From positions 469,768 through 533,767 of the forward strand of contig JAUXUT010000149.1 of NCBI GenBank assembly GCA_030680695.1: a stretch of DNA of 64,000 bases, in the 5' to 3' direction. Every line of letters starts with the position of its first letter. Positions within the stretch are counted from its first letter, which is position 1. The notes beneath the pieces are model-generated. The model worked only from the letters and a program-made list of their open reading frames with translations, had not been told where the DNA came from and made no database searches. This document shows positions 60,381 through 64,000 of the stretch, piece by piece. This stretch comes from a bacterium. GTDB taxonomy: Bacteria > Patescibacteriota > Minisyncoccia > Phycocordibacterales > UBA6065. The position numbers and the translations under genes were made by a program.

Positions 60381-62642
60381 ATGGCAAAAAAGAAGAAGGA
60401 CGATATCGATGAGATTGACGAGAAGAGGCAATCCCGCAAAAAAGAAGAACCTAGAGAACCGCGATTCGCTGACGAAACCAAACAAGGCATATTAGCCGTC
60501 CTTGTATTCGTCCTTGCGATATTCTTCGCCCTCGCAATATGGGGTAAGGCTGGTCCTGCAGGAAGGTTCATATTCAAATATGTGCCTTTCCTTATTGGTG
60601 TTGGTTATTACCTCCTTCCCCTCTTGTGCTTCGCCTTGGGTATATCGTTCCTCCGCAACCTGCACAGGGCTTTCGATAGTTCGAAAGTGATCGGTGCGGG
60701 TATATTCCTGCTATCGGTGCTCGGCATCATACATATCGTATCGCCAATGAACGGTGGACATCTCGGCAAGTGGATCGCGTGGCCGTTTGTTGCTCTTTTC
60801 GATACATCGGCGAGCTTGGTATTCCTGTCCGCACTCGTGGTGGTTTCTATAATCATCGCCTTCAACAAAGAACTAGATATCAAATCTCTCTTCTCTTTCA
60901 ACAAGGACACTGAATCAGACGAGGATGATGAGGATGCTGAGGAAACAAATCTCAAACTATCTATCCCAGAGGATTCAGAGGAAGCGTATGAAGATGCTCC
61001 TGCTCCGAAGAAAAAAGAGTCTGCTCCAGAAGATAAACCAAAGCCAACCAAAGACGCCAAGCTTAAGTTCACCGCAAGCGAAGATGAAGCAAAGGACTTT
61101 ATCAAGTCATCGAGCAAAGAAGACGACAAGGCGTACATTCCTCCTCCCCTCTCGCTCCTTGAACGAGACAAAGGCAAGCCGGTCGTGGGCGACGTCAAAG
61201 CAAATGCGAACATTATAAAAAGAACGCTCGCAAACTTCGGTATAGATGTGGAGATGGACGAAGTCACAATCGGTCCGTCCGTCACGCGATATGCAATGAA
61301 ACCTGCCGAGGGTGTAAAGCTTTCGCGCATCGTGGCCCTCCAGGATAACCTCGCTTACGCTCTTGCGGCTCCTTCTATCCGCATCGAAGCGCCTATTCCT
61401 GGTAAATCATTGGTTGGTATTGAGATACCGAACACGATCAAGACAATGATTGGCCTCGGCAGTCTTTTTGCGAACGAGGAATTCCAAACCTCTGACAAAC
61501 CCCTACTTGTTGGCCTTGGTAAGGGAATATCAGGCAAATCTCACTTCCAGAACGTGTCAAAGATGCCACACCTTCTTATCGCGGGAGCTACTGGATCCGG
61601 TAAATCGGTGACTATCCATGCGCTCATCACCTCCCTCCTCTACCGAAACTCGCCGCGCATGCTCAAATTAATAATGATTGACCCTAAACGTGTCGAGCTC
61701 ACCTTGTATAACAAGATTCCTCACCTCCTCACACCGGTCATTACCGACGCCAAGAAGGCTATTCTATCGCTCAAATGGGCCGCGAAAGAAATGGATAGAC
61801 GTTATGACGTCCTTCAGTCCCACGGTGTACGCGATATCGATTCGTATCACAAGAATATATATGAACCTTCGCTAAAAAAGCTCAAGATCAAAAAAGATGG
61901 CGAAGATGCTGTGGAAGAACGCGGACAAGAGCCTCTACCGTTCATAGTCATCATCATCGACGAGCTCGCCGACATCATGCAGACATATCCACGTGAACTG
62001 GAGTCTGGTATTGTCCGCCTCGCCCAAATGTCCCGAGCTGTGGGAATACATCTTATGCTCTCGACCCAGAGGCCGTCAGTAAACGTCATCACTGGCCTTA
62101 TCAAGGCAAACATCCCTGCTCGCCTTGCCCTCCAGGTTGCGTCACAAATCGACTCACGAACCATCCTCGACCAACCAGGTGCAGAAAAGCTCCTTGGTCA
62201 GGGAGACATGTTGTATCTTGGTGGAGAGATGTCGAAACCTACCCGTATCCAATGTGCTTTCATATCCGAAGCAGAGGTTAAAAAGGTGGTTAAATATCTG
62301 GCGGACAGCCATATTGACCAACTTAATGACGAAATTAACCTGTCTGGAAATGATGTTAAGAACGACAACGCCATCTTCTCGGCCACCCTTGATGATGAGG
62401 GAGACATGGACGACGATGACGATGATATGTACGAAGATGCAAAACAGGTCGTAATCGAGGCCGGAAAAGCATCCACGTCGTATATACAGAGAAAACTGCG
62501 TGTTGGTTATTCCCGCGCAGCGCGCCTCATGGACCTATTGGAACAAAGAGGTGTCATTGGTCCCCCAGACGGATCGAAGCCTCGCGCCGTCATCCTTGAC
62601 GGAGCAGCCCCAGTAGAGCCTGCTGAAGAAAAATCAGAATAA
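60381..62642 (+). CDS. ftsK: DNA translocase FtsK (FtsK/SpoIIIE)
   Basis: N-terminal TM helices, acidic linker, motor domain LLIAGATGSGKSV (Walker A), IIIDELADIM (Walker B), gamma domain YIQRKLRVGYSRAARLMDLLEQRGVIGP; first ATG at 60381 (track ORF starts at TTG 60369). Confidence 0.9.
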   Translation: MAKKKKDDIDEIDEKRQSRKKEEPREPRFADETKQGILAVLVFVLAIFFALAIWGKAGPAGRFIFKYVPFLIGVGYYLLPLLCFALGISFLRNLHRAFDSSKVIGAGIFLLSVLGIIHIVSPMNGGHLGKWIAWPFVALFDTSASLVFLSALVVVSIIIAFNKELDIKSLFSFNKDTESDEDDEDAEETNLKLSIPEDSEEAYEDAPAPKKKESAPEDKPKPTKDAKLKFTASEDEAKDFIKSSSKEDDKAYIPPPLSLLERDKGKPVVGDVKANANIIKRTLANFGIDVEMDEVTIGPSVTRYAMKPAEGVKLSRIVALQDNLAYALAAPSIRIEAPIPGKSLVGIEIPNTIKTMIGLGSLFANEEFQTSDKPLLVGLGKGISGKSHFQNVSKMPHLLIAGATGSGKSVTIHALITSLLYRNSPRMLKLIMIDPKRVELTLYNKIPHLLTPVITDAKKAILSLKWAAKEMDRRYDVLQSHGVRDIDSYHKNIYEPSLKKLKIKKDGEDAVEERGQEPLPFIVIIIDELADIMQTYPRELESGIVRLAQMSRAVGIHLMLSTQRPSVNVITGLIKANIPARLALQVASQIDSRTILDQPGAEKLLGQGDMLYLGGEMSKPTRIQCAFISEAEVKKVVKYLADSHIDQLNDEINLSGNDVKNDNAIFSATLDDEGDMDDDDDDMYEDAKQVVIEAGKASTSYIQRKLRVGYSRAARLMDLLEQRGVIGPPDGSKPRAVILDGAAPVEPAEEKSE

Positions 62643-62686
62643 CTTCAGCTTTCCTTTATCCCTTTAACGTATAATCTTCACCGACG

Positions 62687-63052
62687 ATGACCGACCGACG
62701 ATACGTAAAGCGGGCCATCAAAATATGGATCGCCCTCGGGGCGGTGGCCATCGTCCTTGGGTATGGCTCCTTTAGGGCCAAGGACTTCGTGCGCGGGCCC
62801 GCCATCGAAGTCATCTCGCCTTTAACGGCTTCTTCCTTCTCCGATTCCCTCGTCGAAATATCTGGCACGGCCAGGAACCTATCATTCCTCACCCTCGACG
62901 GGAACAAGATATATACTGATGAATCCGGCGCTTGGAAAGAGCGCATACTCCTATCCCCTGGGTATAATGTAGTGCAGATACGGGCAGAAGACCGCTTCGG
63001 CCGAACCGCAGTCGAGGAATTAGAATTAATCTATAGAAAGAATGGCATTTAA
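62687..63052 (+). CDS. membrane-anchored hypothetical protein
   Basis: 121 aa, one N-terminal TM, beta-rich; overlaps recA start by 11 nt. Confidence 0.35.
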   Translation: MTDRRYVKRAIKIWIALGAVAIVLGYGSFRAKDFVRGPAIEVISPLTASSFSDSLVEISGTARNLSFLTLDGNKIYTDESGAWKERILLSPGYNVVQIRAEDRFGRTAVEELELIYRKNGI

Positions 63053-64000
63053 AAAGAAAGCTAAGAATACAGATCGACAATTGGTAGAGGAAGGCGCCGA
63101 AGTCTCTGCTCCAAAGGAACGTATGAATATCGAGGACACCCTCGCCGCAATAAAAACCAAGTTTGGTGATGAGGCCATCATGAAACTCGGTGAAAAACCG
63201 AAGGTAAACATCAACGCAATACAAACTGGTTCGATCGGTCTCGACGCGGCCCTCGGTATCGGCGGTGTGCCCCGCGGCAGAATAGTCGAAATATTCGGCC
63301 CAGAGTCATCTGGAAAGACTACCCTCTCCCTCCACATCGTTGCCGAGGCTCAAAAATTGGGCGGCATCTGTGCTTTCATCGATGCAGAACACGCAATGGA
63401 CCCTGAATACTCCAAAAAAATTGGAGTGAAAGTCGATGAACTCCTTATCTCGCAACCTGACACGGGCGAGCAGGCACTTGAAATCGTCGAGACCCTTGTC
63501 CGATCAGGCAAACTAGACGTGATCGTTATTGACTCGGTCGCTGCACTCACACCAAAGGATGAAATCGAGGGAGACATGGGCGCCCAACATGTCGGCAAAC
63601 AGGCCCGACTTATGTCCCAGGCTCTACGAAAACTCACCGCCATTGTCGCAAAGTCTAAGACTGTCGTCATCTTCATCAACCAGATTCGAATGCAGATTGG
63701 CGTCATGTTTGGAAATCCTGAAACTACCCCAGGAGGCAAGGCGCTCAAATTCTATACATCAGTGCGCCTCGACATCCGACGCATCGCTCAGATCAAGAAG
63801 GGTGAGGAAGTTGTCGGCGGACGCGTACGTGTGAAGGTAGTGAAAAACAAGGTCGCTGCCCCATTCAAACAAACCGAGTTCGACCTCATGTACAACGAGG
63901 GCATCTCCCGAGAAGGTGAAATCATCGCCCTCGGTGAAGTCCACGGCTTCATCTCGAAGTCTGGTGCCTCGTACTCTTACAACCCAGAAACTGGTGAAAA
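63042..64000 (+). CDS. recA: recombinase RecA (3' end beyond window)
   Basis: Hand translation [14 protein letters not shown]...[20 protein letters not shown]...[35 protein letters not shown] (Walker A)...[36 protein letters not shown]...; no stop before window end. Confidence 0.9.
   Translation, partial: MAFKKKAKNTDRQLVEEGAEVSAPKERMNIEDTLAAIKTKFGDEAIMKLGEKPKVNINAIQTGSIGLDAALGIGGVPRGRIVEIFGPESSGKTTLSLHIVAEAQKLGGICAFIDAEHAMDPEYSKKIGVKVDELLISQPDTGEQALEIVETLVRSGKLDVIVIDSVAALTPKDEIEGDMGAQHVGKQARLMSQALRKLTAIVAKSKTVVIFINQIRMQIGVMFGNPETTPGGKALKFYTSVRLDIRRIAQIKKGEEVVGGRVRVKVVKNKVAAPFKQTEFDLMYNEGISREGEIIALGEVHGFISKSGASYSYNPETGE

Overview
This window comes from a bacterial genome of roughly 50-55% GC whose genes lack Shine-Dalgarno motifs. 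Its features are CPR/Patescibacteria-like: unlinked rRNA genes, a small cell-wall gene set, and S-layer and lamin-tail-domain surface proteins. All coordinates and product calls below were derived by eye.

Layout, left to right:
- 0.3-4.7 kb, minus strand: a VirD4/TraG-like ATPase and hypothetical membrane proteins, then rsmI at 4.7-5.4 kb.
- 5.4-12.7 kb: a peptidoglycan-precursor gene cluster. It comprises an ATP-grasp ligase overlapping an NlpC/P60-like peptidase, mraY, an ATE_C/Bpt-like tRNA-dependent transferase, a solitary MazF-like toxin, rlmH, a MurC/Mpl-like ligase and a PgeF-like editing factor.
- 11.7-14.8 kb: a high-GC block of about 3 kb (~65-70% GC). It holds the PgeF-like gene, a LysW-like zinc ribbon, a fold-II PLP enzyme and a cold-shock-domain protein.
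- 15.0-17.2 kb: pyk and a DUF975-like membrane protein.
- 17.2-19.7 kb, minus strand: the 16S rRNA gene with an atypical 3' tail, separated from tRNA-Ile(GAU) by a terminator, a consensus promoter and two small membrane-protein ORFs.
- 20.7-35.6 kb: a low-GC (~40-42%) copper/metal-homeostasis island. All its genes are on the plus strand and it ends in a large serine recombinase overlapping tRNA-Leu(CAG).
- 35.7-44.8 kb: an exopolysaccharide/secDF/ftsW-rodA block.
- 45.1-48.7 kb, minus strand: a separate 23S-5S locus.
- 51.7-58.8 kb: rplJ-rplL followed by four large secreted surface proteins. These are a beta-helix/LCAT-like lipase, two lamin-tail-domain proteins and a PG-binding S-layer-like protein.
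- 59.4-64.0 kb: a wHTH regulator, ftsK and the start of recA.

A recurring near-consensus promoter (TTGAC-N16/17-TGTATAAT) and many hairpin terminators were located by eye.
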